Virus record (IMG/VR): IMGVR_UViG_3300020044_003577
Span: 1-60,120 of that record
Direction: 5' to 3' (one strand)
Length of the DNA stretch: 60,120 nucleotides
DNA from: a virus
The first letter of the stretch is position 1; each line of letters opens with the position of its first letter. Shown here piece after piece: positions 1 through 8,684 of this stretch. Under the pieces are notes generated by a model. The model had not been told where the DNA came from and did no database searches. It was given only the letters and a program-made list of their open reading frames with translations. Position numbers and translations under genes: made by a program.

Positions 1-121
1 CCAGCTGTTAACTAAGTCGAACTCAACGTCACGGCGTAGTTCGGTACCACGCTTTTTAAGTTGATATGCGTATTCGTCAGCAACACCAGCTTGGTCAACA
101 GCACGTTTAGTACCAGTAACA
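1..121. repeat. circular-assembly overlap, identical to 60000..60120
   Basis: Bases 1-121 match 60000-60120 exactly (compared base by base), giving a unit length of 59,999 bp. The repeat lies inside the capsid gene, so it marks a closed contig, not a physical terminal repeat. Confidence 0.9.
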
Positions 122-450
122 GTAACAGTTTTGCTGTTAATCTGAGTGTAGTTACCTAGACGAGTACGATAGGGTTCAGTAACTTGGTTAGTTGCTTGGG
201 TAGCGTAAGATACGCCTTCAGCAACGGGGTTAGATGCAGGAGGTGACAACTCGTCAGTTTGCCATTCGTGGAAGACAGCAGTAGCTTTTGTCTTACCAAT
301 AGATGACATAAAGGGAGTTTCATCTCTAGAAATCATAGAGATAAAGTTAGCGAGGTCTTCACGTTCGCCAGCATTTACTGCATTACCTGTGGATGCAGAG
401 CTACGAGCAGCAGCCTTAGGGCCGCCTGTAGCAAAAGTTTGAATAGCCAT
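1..450 (-). CDS. major capsid protein, N-terminal 150 codons (gene wraps the junction and continues 59999->59334; 371 aa in total)
   Basis: ATG at 450, with the open frame running off the window start. My translation is MAIQTFATGGPKAAARSS..ISRDETPFMSSIGKTKATAVFHEWQTDEL..DLVNSW. It joins in frame with the ORF ending at 59334. It lies directly after the scaffold gene and is followed by a strong terminator. The N-terminal motif resembles HK97-fold capsid families. Confidence 0.8.
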   Translation of the reverse strand, partial: MAIQTFATGGPKAAARSSASTGNAVNAGEREDLANFISMISRDETPFMSSIGKTKATAVFHEWQTDELSPPASNPVAEGVSYATQATNQVTEPYRTRLGNYTQINSKTVTVTGTKRAVDQAGVADEYAYQLKKRGTELRRDVEFDLVNSW

Positions 451-478
451 TATTCATTTCCTTATAGTGAGTTTTGGT

Positions 479-1618
479 TTATAGTTTTTTGCTCACAGAA
501 GAAATACGTTTTAGAAAATCTAATTCGTCTTGTTTTGATCCTTGACCAGAAAGAACTTTGGAACGGTTAGTACTAACATTCTGCTGCTCCTTCTGGGAGT
601 TCGAAGTTCCCTTTTTAGAGGGTATCGACTTTACCGATGGTGCTGCTTTACGTTTCACTTCGCCTGTTTCCTTTGCGGTTTTTAGCTTACGATAATCATT
701 AATAAATTTAACTACTACTGGATCATATACTTGATTCAACAATTCCTCAGGTAAGCCTTCTTTAAGGGCAAACTCTCGGATACTTGTAGCAACTTTTTCA
801 GAATAGTCAGGAATAAAATCCATAATCTTATCTTCATATTCTTTTAGTTGTTGTTGTTGATACTCAATTTGATGAGCCTGTAATTGTTCTACTACTGCTG
901 CTGTTTTGGCTTCACGACTATTGCGTGCTGCCCAATACTTTTCTTGCACTGTTTCTAATTGATCTCGTAATTCACGAGCAGTGTATGAGTCACCGTCTTC
1001 TCGTGCTTTATCAATTTCGGATTTAACCTTATGATACTCTTTGGCAAGATTGGTTTCAACAACAGTTAATTCTTGACTGATTATTGTGCCTAATTGAATT
1101 ACTTCTTGAAGCTTTTCATTTCTTTCTTGTTCGACCTGTTTCTTCAGTTCGCCTAGTTCACGCCCCTTTTGAGATAGATGTTTATCAGTAGAATAACCCT
1201 TACGGATTTCTTCTAAGGTTACGTACTCTGTTTTACCGTCAACGGTTACAGGTACTTTATATTCCCAATCAATATCTTCTTCGGAAGGTAGTTCAGAGTT
1301 TTGGGTAGACGTATCATCCTCATCTTTACTTTCTTCTTCTGAATTTGTTGATTCTTCTTCTTCATCTAGGTCAGTTTCAGACTCCTCATCGTTCTCTTTT
1401 TGGGCTTCTTCTTCCGATGATTCATCTGGATTTGGGACGCCTAAGTCTTCTTCTGGTAGAGATTCTTCTTTCAACCCAAGCATTTTAGCTGCTGGTGAGT
1501 TGCGGAGAATGTCATCAAGACTCTTTGCTTCCAAATCTGCACTATAACTTCCGTCATCAAAGTCCTTGCTACTCACTTCTGAGGCAGGGGTGTTGGTAGA
1601 GAGATGTTGTAGATTCAT
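479..1618 (-). CDS. scaffolding protein (candidate)
   Basis: 379 aa. It has a very acidic Glu/Asp/Ser-rich N-terminal half (EEEESTNSEEESKDEDD), a long coiled-coil-like centre and a basic C-terminus. It sits between the portal side and the capsid gene. Assignment is by composition and synteny only. Confidence 0.6.
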   Translation of the reverse strand: MNLQHLSTNTPASEVSSKDFDDGSYSADLEAKSLDDILRNSPAAKMLGLKEESLPEEDLGVPNPDESSEEEAQKENDEESETDLDEEEESTNSEEESKDEDDTSTQNSELPSEEDIDWEYKVPVTVDGKTEYVTLEEIRKGYSTDKHLSQKGRELGELKKQVEQERNEKLQEVIQLGTIISQELTVVETNLAKEYHKVKSEIDKAREDGDSYTARELRDQLETVQEKYWAARNSREAKTAAVVEQLQAHQIEYQQQQLKEYEDKIMDFIPDYSEKVATSIREFALKEGLPEELLNQVYDPVVVKFINDYRKLKTAKETGEVKRKAAPSVKSIPSKKGTSNSQKEQQNVSTNRSKVLSGQGSKQDELDFLKRISSVSKKL

Positions 1619-1641
1619 AAATTATTTACCTTTGTGTCCAA

Positions 1642-1908
1642 TTAAACTGCAACAGCAGTTTTCTTAGCAGCCTTAGCTGCCGCCATCTTTTTGACAAATG
1701 CTTCTTTGTCTTCAACCTCTGGTTTACTTTTAATAGGTTGATCGTTCATTCGATCAATCACATCAATAGCACCTTGTAGGCTTACTAAGATGGGTGCATA
1801 GCGTTGGGCTAAGCCCGTACCGCCATTTTCTCCTGCTCTAGATAGTTCACGTAGGATCTCTTCTCTAGAACGAATTAATACTTCTTTAACGTTTGAATGT
1901 TTACTCAT
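1642..1908 (-). CDS. hypothetical head-module protein (88 aa)
   Basis: ORF tightly packed between portal and scaffold genes; overlaps the upstream gene by 8 nt. Confidence 0.6.
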   Translation of the reverse strand: MSKHSNVKEVLIRSREEILRELSRAGENGGTGLAQRYAPILVSLQGAIDVIDRMNDQPIKSKPEVEDKEAFVKKMAAAKAAKKTAVAV

Positions 1909-2263
1909 TGCCTTCTTCCCCTTCTTGGGATTCCTGTTTTTGTTTGTTCATAAACTGAACGTTTTTACCGTATCTTTCAATACCGATTAACTTCTCTTTA
2001 ACAGAGCCTAGTGCCATAGCTGTGTGATATAAGAATTCTCTCTCTTTAGAACAATGAGGCTCAGTCTTAAGCCATGTAACAAAGAGATCCGCTAAGATCT
2101 CTCCGTATGCATCACCAAAGAATTGCTCACGCTCTCTTACTGAGAACTCGGCCTTTCCAAGAGCCACTTGAGCATCTCGGAAAGGTTCAACTTTATATTC
2201 ACCAGTTTCATGGTTCATTTTTGGTTTGACTCTTCTTTCAAACCCATCTTTATATTTATCCAT
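1901..2263 (-). CDS. hypothetical head-module protein (120 aa)
   Basis: ORF 9 nt downstream of the portal stop, on the same strand in a compact operon. Confidence 0.6.
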   Translation of the reverse strand: MDKYKDGFERRVKPKMNHETGEYKVEPFRDAQVALGKAEFSVREREQFFGDAYGEILADLFVTWLKTEPHCSKEREFLYHTAMALGSVKEKLIGIERYGKNVQFMNKQKQESQEGEEGNE

Positions 2264-2272
2264 ATCTTACTA

Positions 2273-4543
2273 TTATTGTGGCATTGCTGCCGCTGGTCCT
2301 TGAGGTTGAGGAGTCTCCATACCATTAGCGGGTCTGGAAGCATCTCCATGCGAGTCTGATGTGATAAACTCTTTAGCCATAGCTAAGAGAGCTTTGATAT
2401 CAGGTTGTTTAGGTGGATCAACACCTTCTTTAGCTGCTTGTATGTAGATCTTACCCCATTCTTGATAGGATTTATCTAATGCAACCATTAATTGTTTTGT
2501 GTTATCTTGTAGAGCATTCTTAGCTTGAACATTAGTCAAATCAATAGTAGCTTGTCTTTGAGCCATATCTAACATCTTAACTTGTTCTTCTAATTGTCTA
2601 AGCTTCTCATTAGCTTTCATTTCGCTATCTCTTGACTCTTGAGCCTTTTGCTTAAAGTCAGGAGTCGTATAGTCAACAAGAAAATCTAATGGGTCTAAAT
2701 CCATAGCTTCAAGAGTCTTACACGCAATACGTACAGCTGCCTCTGGATTAACTGCGCCACCAGCACCTGCTTGCATTAATGCGGGTAAAAGCTGTTGACC
2801 AACCATAGTCATCTTTTTAACAACGTTACTATTACCATTCTCACCTACATCCGCATCAATATACATGAGCATATTGTTGGGTAATGTTGATGGATCAACT
2901 GACTTGAAAATATCGTTCTGATCAGTGTATTTAACTACTTTACCACGGAGCTTAGATCTCATGGTACGGTATACACCATCGCATAAACGTTTAAAGCCTG
3001 TTTCAGCAAACCTACGTGCCATAAACTGGATACGTACTTGTGCAGCAGACATAGCCTTCTGCATCTTTTCTTCACTGTTACCTGATACATATAGTGTATC
3101 ATTTAAACCTTGAGCAGCCTTACCCATACCAGTAGCTTGTTCTTTATGAACCTGTAACAACTCTAGGATTGGTACAGTACCAGGACTAATAGTGTCTGGT
3201 GTCATAGCAGATACAGCTGTCATGGGGTTACCATTAGTAGCAATAATCTGTTTAGGCTTCATATTCTGAAGAGCACTAAAGTCTACTACATTAGGGTCAG
3301 CTAATTTAGGTGCATAGTTAGTTAAGTATACATTCTCAACGAAGCCACGAAGAATAGCTGTGGTAGCTAATGTAGATGGACGAACCATATCTGCAACGCT
3401 AATACCAAAGAATTCGTGAGGTACTTCAAAGGGACAAAGAGTTGCCAAGGGAATCATATCACAATCTTCTTCAAGCAGGATTGTTGACCCTGCAATAATG
3501 AAGTGTTTTAATTCTGCAATACCATCTCCGTCTCTATCTACCCTTAACCAACACTCGATAACAGTTAATTGTCTGTTAGCTTCTGAAGGGAATAGCTCCC
3601 TTGAATTTCCCCCTAGCCAGTACTCTTCGCCGACTAAGCGCTTTCGAGCAGCCTGCTCTTCGGTGTACTTGGTGGCCCAATCATATGACCCATCACCAAT
3701 AGCGTCCCAATCAATGTTCTCTGCAATATCGGGGAAAAACTTTCTGACCTCAGAACGGGTCATATCAATCTGAATACCTACGAATGCTGCATCATCTAGT
3801 GAGTGAGCATCCCTTGTAATCCTAAAACATTCTGGATGTACGTTCTTAATAAGAACTCGTGTCTTATTTGTTTTACGTTTTAAACGAACATCCTTGTATA
3901 CTACCTGAAACTCTGAGTTACCATCAGGGTTTGTTGTTAATTCTTGTTCATAATTGAGGTTTCCTATGATTTCTACATCAGAATCTGACAAAATAAGGTC
4001 TAAATTCTCTTGAGAAATAGAGTCATATTCTTCAAAATTATAGTCAAAATCCTCAATAAACTCCCACCGAACAATACTATTCTTCCACAAAAGAGCTGAC
4101 TTAACCCATGTATTAAGGATTTCCCAACCAGGATTCTGTTTAAAGATAGCATAGTTAACTAAATCAGAAGCTACCTTTGCATAATGGTAGTCTGTGGGTG
4201 TTGGTCCAGCAGGAAGAAATCTGGCCAGCTTATTATTGTTAAACATAAGTTCAGCAATAATAGCGGTGTACCCTTCAACAGCCTCTACTGTGTCAGATGA
4301 AACAATCTGAGACACACCTTGAGGGGTCAAGTGGTACTGTGGCATCATACCATATTCGTATGTAGCCTTTTGTCTTTCACGAGCCAAGTCAGAACTGTTT
4401 AAGAAGTCACCAACAGAGTTCATTACACCCTGTTCGATCATAGCTAATAGTTCATTATCACCTACTGGTTCTTTATACCTGTCAGTAAGTCTGATAGGGG
4501 TAGTTGTATTATCTGCCATTGTTAACCTTTCTGGGTTATTCAA
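2273..4543 (-). CDS. portal protein
   Basis: 756 aa, lying between the terminase-side genes and scaffold/capsid. Size and position are typical of podovirus/N4-type portals. The call is by synteny and size, not by a diagnostic motif. Confidence 0.7.
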   Translation of the reverse strand: MNNPERLTMADNTTTPIRLTDRYKEPVGDNELLAMIEQGVMNSVGDFLNSSDLARERQKATYEYGMMPQYHLTPQGVSQIVSSDTVEAVEGYTAIIAELMFNNNKLARFLPAGPTPTDYHYAKVASDLVNYAIFKQNPGWEILNTWVKSALLWKNSIVRWEFIEDFDYNFEEYDSISQENLDLILSDSDVEIIGNLNYEQELTTNPDGNSEFQVVYKDVRLKRKTNKTRVLIKNVHPECFRITRDAHSLDDAAFVGIQIDMTRSEVRKFFPDIAENIDWDAIGDGSYDWATKYTEEQAARKRLVGEEYWLGGNSRELFPSEANRQLTVIECWLRVDRDGDGIAELKHFIIAGSTILLEEDCDMIPLATLCPFEVPHEFFGISVADMVRPSTLATTAILRGFVENVYLTNYAPKLADPNVVDFSALQNMKPKQIIATNGNPMTAVSAMTPDTISPGTVPILELLQVHKEQATGMGKAAQGLNDTLYVSGNSEEKMQKAMSAAQVRIQFMARRFAETGFKRLCDGVYRTMRSKLRGKVVKYTDQNDIFKSVDPSTLPNNMLMYIDADVGENGNSNVVKKMTMVGQQLLPALMQAGAGGAVNPEAAVRIACKTLEAMDLDPLDFLVDYTTPDFKQKAQESRDSEMKANEKLRQLEEQVKMLDMAQRQATIDLTNVQAKNALQDNTKQLMVALDKSYQEWGKIYIQAAKEGVDPPKQPDIKALLAMAKEFITSDSHGDASRPANGMETPQPQGPAAAMPQ

Positions 4544-4578
4544 TCATTCAATCAAGGTCAACAATGACCTAGTATTCT

Positions 4579-5325
4579 TTAACTACAAACTGCGTTAACA
4601 ACGCAGTATTCAATAACCATGTAGTCAGTAGCTGTTGCTAGTTGACCAGTAAAGCTTAATGCTAAATCATTTTTAGTTTCTTCTGTGCCATATACTGCGG
4701 CTGTTGTAGAAGCACCATGACCAAGGGAAGCAAGAGGAGTACATATTTGTCTATTAGTTCTGCCACGATTAACTAAATCTTTAGCAATATTACTACATAA
4801 GGCAGTTGTAATAGCCGCATTGTGGATAGTTGTAGAACCAAACACAATTTTAGGTGTTTTGTTATTAGCATTGTTAGGTGTAGAAATTAATAACTTAATC
4901 ATTAATTCACCAAATGGTCCCATTAAGTTACCAGGGACAATAGCTCTAATTAAAGAAAGATCAGTAGCGGTAGTCTGTGTATATGCACTATTAGAGCCTA
5001 CTACATTGACATGTAGCTCGGGTGCTGGTTCATAAGGAACAAAAGGTGTAGTTGTTACATTATAATACATTGTATATATTTGACCTACAGTAGTACTGGT
5101 AAACCCTGCTAAATATAATCCTGCGGATCCACCTACTACTGCACCAGCGGGTAACCATACCCATGCATCAGGGTAAATTGCTGGTAATGCTGTTGTTAAC
5201 GTAATTGTTCCGTTAGTTGCTACTGTTCCATTAGAAGGAATAATAACAGGAATGTTTGCTCCAATAATGCCTGCTTCGTTTGTTGGTACACTAGTAAATA
5301 CTGTACCTAAATTTAATTGTCCCAT
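4579..5325 (-). CDS. hypothetical virion-module protein (248 aa)
   Basis: Long ORF between terminase and portal, rich in Thr/Gly/Ala/Val. No recognisable motif. Confidence 0.6.
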   Translation of the reverse strand: MGQLNLGTVFTSVPTNEAGIIGANIPVIIPSNGTVATNGTITLTTALPAIYPDAWVWLPAGAVVGGSAGLYLAGFTSTTVGQIYTMYYNVTTTPFVPYEPAPELHVNVVGSNSAYTQTTATDLSLIRAIVPGNLMGPFGELMIKLLISTPNNANNKTPKIVFGSTTIHNAAITTALCSNIAKDLVNRGRTNRQICTPLASLGHGASTTAAVYGTEETKNDLALSFTGQLATATDYMVIEYCVVNAVCS

Positions 5326-5410
5326 GTGTTTATTCCTTTAATAAAGTGCTACTACTTTGTTCCTTCCCCATGAGTAGCCAACAAGGTTGGACACAAGGGA
5401 ACTTTGTTTA

Positions 5411-5566
5411 TTATTTATTCTGTCCTCTGATAGCCAAGTATTGACCATCAGCTTCTTTTAATTTACCATCTTGTTTTGGGTTAACAAGCTTATTAGGCTT
5501 CTGAACTTTAATCAAAGCCTTTAGTTGTTCTTTTTCTTTACCACGTAGGTTTAAATCAATAGCCAT
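5411..5566 (-). CDS. possible small basic protein (51 aa)
   Basis: Hand-translated ATG ORF MAIDLNLRGKEKEQLKALIKVQKPNKLVNPKQDGKLKEADGQYLAIRGQNK. It fills an otherwise empty gap and is below the ORF-track size cutoff. Confidence 0.35.
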   Translation of the reverse strand: MAIDLNLRGKEKEQLKALIKVQKPNKLVNPKQDGKLKEADGQYLAIRGQNK

Positions 5567-5572
5567 ATTCTT

Positions 5573-5854
5573 TTACCACTTTACTTTGTTAGCCCAGTAC
5601 GCCGCTGATAACGGTCCCTTGGCAATATTACTTGCATGTCTGGCTTTAAAGGATTCTCTACGTTTTTTGTATGACTCAGACTCTCCTTCTTTTTTAGGAG
5701 ACCCCTGAGTACCTTGTTCACCAAACCGAATAGTCTTAACAGTGTCACCACTCTTAGCAACTACTACATGACTCTTTGTAGGATGACTAGGTGTCTTTTT
5801 AGGTTTATTAAAACCAGATACACCTGCTCTCTCTAATCTAGGATCTTTTGCCAT
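5573..5854 (-). CDS. conserved-looking basic protein (93 aa), unknown function
   Basis: ORF 7 nt downstream of the TerL stop. The pattern GFNKPKKTPSHPTKSHVVVAK..IRFGEQG..FKARH..AAYWANKVKW resembles a family I recall from marine phages. This is unverified. Confidence 0.65.
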   Translation of the reverse strand: MAKDPRLERAGVSGFNKPKKTPSHPTKSHVVVAKSGDTVKTIRFGEQGTQGSPKKEGESESYKKRRESFKARHASNIAKGPLSAAYWANKVKW

Positions 5855-5861
5855 ATTACAC

Positions 5862-7502
5862 CTATATCCATGTTGTTTCTAATTGTTGAAAGTTCCCCAT
5901 CTTTTGTGTAAAAGGAACATTAGTCGTTGTTAGTCTATCTCCGTGTGTCCTGATCACTTCCAGAGCAATAGCAAGAGCGATAACGGTATCATCATTGTGA
6001 CCAACAATAGCATTTGTCCTACCATTGTCATCAGCCACATAATTCATTAACTCCCCAATAATAGTTCTTGAAGGTATCCATATTTCCTCTTGTTCAATAG
6101 CACTCTTAAGAAATCCAATAATAGCTGGCTTAGAGGATGTTGTTGTTCTCCAACCCATCCTTAATCCCTCATCCTTGGATACATTAGCCATCTTAGTCTG
6201 ATAATACATATTAACATAGCCCATTTGAACTAGTCTATTTAATGTAGCAATACCCATACTATTAGATTCTACCGCCATTAAAGCGTTATTATAGTATCTT
6301 CCTAGATAAAACAATAGATCCCCAAACTTACTGGGATCAATCATATTATTTCTGTATGTAGCACATACCTCTTTATCTGCATTCATAACTACCGCAGCAG
6401 AATGATCTTTACCTACCCCTAAGGATACGTCCGCAGCTATAACAAAAGATTGATCAAAAGATGGATATTTAAATATCTCAATGGAACCCTGCCTAGCATC
6501 CTCCATCATCATACTCTCAAAGTTAAATTCTCTCTGAGCTAATATTGGTTGTGGTATTAAACTATTTAACTTTTCAATATTAAATACATTAGAACCTGAA
6601 ACAATAAAGGCTTCTTCAGGAGTCGCTGGATACTCTTGTTTAAACTTGTCTACCCCACTCTCAGCTATCTTGAGTCTCCTCCAGTATAGTTGATCGTTAT
6701 CTAGGTTAAACCTTGTAACTAATATCTCTTCCTCATCTGTTCTCTCAAACCCCTCAGGTGCCTTCCTACGATATTCAGACATAAGAAACCAAGGTACGAA
6801 TATAGGTATATATTCATTCTTACCAGCTACAGCATCTATCCATAGTCTATGAAATGAATTACCTACCCCATTGGCAGTACTCTCAAGAATAACCTCGGTA
6901 CCGTCTGCTTGGGAAATACCCTGAAATAATCCTGCTAAAATTTTTTCATCATGGAGCCAAAAGGATACTTCTGAAAGATGTGCGATTGTAGGCGTAATAC
7001 CCCTACCCGCCTCAGGAGAACCTGCTGTATAGAGTCTATAACCAGAGTCATTATGTTCAAACATAATCTCTTTTGCGTTAGATCTTTTTAGAGTAGGTGA
7101 GAATGACTCAGGCATATTAGAAATAATATTCCTGGACATAGTAAACAAGGCATCAGATGTTGCGGCATCATGAGCCATAACAACTGACTTGTTGTAAGCA
7201 TTAAAATAAGACTTCCAGAATACTCTACCAGTAGTATAGGTAGAAAGACCCATCTGTCGGGCTTTTAGGATAATAGCCCTGACTTTCCCAGTCTCCTTTA
7301 GTTGACCCTCAATCGCATCATTAACAATCTTTTGTGCATCGTTAAAGTCAAATGGTTGGAATCCTAGTCGGGAGTCTTTGGGTAGAATCTTGATTTGCTC
7401 TTTCGCAAATAATTCAAAGTTATTTTGGTATTCTGCGAGTTTTTCTCTGCGCTTTAGTTCCCTTAAAGCCTCTAGCTTGCGGGTGTTTGAGATAGTTGTC
7501 AT
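5862..7502 (-). CDS. terminase large subunit
   Basis: 546 aa. It has a Walker-A-like KARQMGLST and a C-terminal RNase-H-like nuclease with acidic motifs (AADVSLGVGKDHSAAVVM, GHNDDTVIALAIAL). It is the first gene after late promoter copy P1. Confidence 0.85.
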   Translation of the reverse strand: MTTISNTRKLEALRELKRREKLAEYQNNFELFAKEQIKILPKDSRLGFQPFDFNDAQKIVNDAIEGQLKETGKVRAIILKARQMGLSTYTTGRVFWKSYFNAYNKSVVMAHDAATSDALFTMSRNIISNMPESFSPTLKRSNAKEIMFEHNDSGYRLYTAGSPEAGRGITPTIAHLSEVSFWLHDEKILAGLFQGISQADGTEVILESTANGVGNSFHRLWIDAVAGKNEYIPIFVPWFLMSEYRRKAPEGFERTDEEEILVTRFNLDNDQLYWRRLKIAESGVDKFKQEYPATPEEAFIVSGSNVFNIEKLNSLIPQPILAQREFNFESMMMEDARQGSIEIFKYPSFDQSFVIAADVSLGVGKDHSAAVVMNADKEVCATYRNNMIDPSKFGDLLFYLGRYYNNALMAVESNSMGIATLNRLVQMGYVNMYYQTKMANVSKDEGLRMGWRTTTSSKPAIIGFLKSAIEQEEIWIPSRTIIGELMNYVADDNGRTNAIVGHNDDTVIALAIALEVIRTHGDRLTTTNVPFTQKMGNFQQLETTWI

Positions 7503-7517
7503 GGGGGTTTCGTTATA

Positions 7518-7541
7518 GTTTCTCTATTAGGGGACTACTCT
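7518..7541 (-). promoter_or_regulatory. phage-RNAP promoter motif copy P1 (late arm, upstream of TerL)
   Basis: The minus strand reads AGAGTAGTCCCCTAATAGAGAAAC, with core GTCCCCTAATAG at 7524-7535. It is about 20 nt upstream of the TerL ATG. The TAATAG(G/A) end resembles the T7 class III ..CTATAGGGAGA. Confidence 0.6.
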
Positions 7542-7590
7542 TTATACTTTTTTCTATAGCCCCTTAGTCTTTGTGTGTGAAAAAGAATCA

Positions 7591-7977
7591 TGGGTTTGTT
7601 TGTTCTCCCCTCCCTGTGTCGTGTGACCCCCCTGTCTCGTGGTGGTCGGTCGTGCTGCGGTGTCGGGTCGTTCTTGTCTCTCTTCCTCTGTCGGTGGTGC
7701 TGTGGCGCTGGTGCTGTCGACTTCCTTTGTTAGCGCTGTCTTGGAGTTCATTATGCGTTCTATCCTCTTGTTCGTTTGTCTTCGCCGTGGTTTTGGTTTG
7801 TCCTTCTCTACTGCCTGTGGTCACTTGCTTAATGCTTGGGGTCGTAGTGAGTGGTACAGTGACATGTCTACTGTTGACCTGTTCCTGTTGGCTACTCGTA
7901 AGTCTTAAGGGCTTTCTCGGTTGGCTCCTTGTGGGGCTTTCCGAGAGCGTCTTGCTCTGTTCTAAAAGGGGTTTGTT
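7591..7977 (+). other. adenine-depleted, strand-asymmetric non-coding leader
   Basis: By my count there are 2 A in 7591-7720, 7 A in 7591-7800 and 34 A in 7591-8040. The rest is T/G/C. Because stop codons need A (or T on the other strand), all six frames are open, which explains the four overlapping track ORFs here. Confidence 0.85.
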
Positions 7978-8193
7978 ATGTCTTCTTCTTTTGTTGTCTA
8001 CGCTGTGTCTGCCTCTGCTCCTCAGTGTGTTGTTGCTAGCTTTGATACTGTTGCTGAAGCTAATGCTGCTGCTTGGTTGGCTAACTCTATCGATAATACT
8101 TGTGACTATCGTGTTGATGAGGTCTTGCTTGGTGACTTGCTTTGTTCTGAGTGGAAGACCAAGGAGAGAATGTCAGGATACGAATTACTTTAA
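7978..8193 (+). CDS. first early protein (71 aa, net acidic), unknown function
   Basis: ATG preceded by AAAAGGGG. The composition is protein-like (MSSSFVVYAVSASAPQCVVASFDTVAEANAAAWLANSIDNTCDYRVDEVLLGDLL..) although its codons continue the A-poor bias. Confidence 0.55.
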   Translation: MSSSFVVYAVSASAPQCVVASFDTVAEANAAAWLANSIDNTCDYRVDEVLLGDLLCSEWKTKERMSGYELL

Positions 8194-8205
8194 TAAGATC
8201 TCTGC

Positions 8206-8247
8206 CTATTGGGTGTAACAACCCAATGGAGAGCGATCTTGCTCTGT
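8206..8247 (+). promoter_or_regulatory. early intergenic hairpin module 1
   Basis: Hairpin ATTGGGT/ACCCAAT (8208-8214 with 8221-8227), loop GTAACA. It is followed by hairpin AGAGC-GATCTT-GCTCT (8230-8245). The second hairpin has a near-copy, AGAGC-GTCTT-GCTCT, at 7944-7958. No U-tract follows. Confidence 0.35.
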
Positions 8248-8274
8248 GTCCGTACATAACTCAAGGAGATTAAC

Positions 8275-8472
8275 ATGTACACAACCCTTAACATCCTCAC
8301 TGCATTTCTGTGGTATAGTGCTGCTGCATGGTCTATCGATGCTATCTATGTCGAAGGTCAAGGTGGTTTGCTACCTATCTTCGTATTGCTAGGATCAGGT
8401 GTGCTTGCTGGTATGCAATCAATAGACTTGATTCGTGATCTTAAAGACAAACACAACCAAGGAGAACTGTAA
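8275..8472 (+). CDS. small membrane protein (65 aa)
   Basis: AAGGAG RBS; two hydrophobic segments (ILTAFLWYSAAAW, LLPIFVLLGSGVLAG). Confidence 0.7.
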   Translation: MYTTLNILTAFLWYSAAAWSIDAIYVEGQGGLLPIFVLLGSGVLAGMQSIDLIRDLKDKHNQGEL

Positions 8473-8579
8473 TGTATTTCATCTACCATAGACTCACTAA
8501 GGTATTGATCGCCAAGACTACATCTGTCAAGGTGCTCAATGAGTACGATCCACAATACTATGAAGTAGTAACATACTGA
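8472..8579 (+). CDS. possible 35-aa ORF
   Basis: TAATG stop/start overlap with the previous gene. Hand translation: MYFIYHRLTKVLIAKTTSVKVLNEYDPQYYEVVTY. Confidence 0.3.
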   Translation: MYFIYHRLTKVLIAKTTSVKVLNEYDPQYYEVVTY

Positions 8580-8586
8580 TAGTACA

Positions 8587-8633
8587 CTCTTCACGAGTAT
8601 AAGTGAGACCAGGGCATCAGGGGTAAGTACCTG
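8587..8633 (+). promoter_or_regulatory. early intergenic hairpin module 2
   Basis: CTCTTCAC-GAGTATAA-GTGAGACC (stem 8590-8594 with 8603-8607), then CAGG-GGTAAGTA-CCTG (8618-8633). It has the same layout as module 3, with compensatory stem changes. Confidence 0.4.
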
Positions 8634-8684
8634 CCTATGGGATGGTAACATACCACCTATTCACATTAACTCAAGGAGAACGTT

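Noticed and set aside
1-121. 121-bp terminal duplication as a biological direct terminal repeat
   Set aside because: It interrupts the capsid coding sequence, and its exactness and length fit an assembler overlap.
4555-4570. Hairpin AGGTCA-ACAA-TGACCT between the 248-aa gene and the portal gene
   Set aside because: It is a short stem with no U-tract and is a single occurrence, so there is insufficient evidence for function.
2168-5035. Plus-strand ORFs inside the portal and neighbouring genes (2168..2359, 2925..3113, 3498..3773, 4820..5035)
   Set aside because: They are antisense shadows of long, well-supported minus-strand genes and have no RBS.
7638-7714. Chi-site cluster (CGTGGTGG, CGGTGGTG, GCTGGTGC)
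   Set aside because: There is no exact GCTGGTGG, the host is unknown, and GT-rich words are expected by chance in an A-less, GT-rich segment. It is mentioned only as a sub-hypothesis.
7554-8218. Four overlapping track ORFs (7571..8218 +, 7639..7908 +, 7554..7751 -, 7588..7824 -), including a 215-aa Leu/Cys/Val-rich protein
   Set aside because: Stop codons cannot occur where the plus strand lacks A, so open frames are a compositional artefact. The products are low-complexity and mutually exclusive. Only 7978..8193 has an RBS and protein-like composition.
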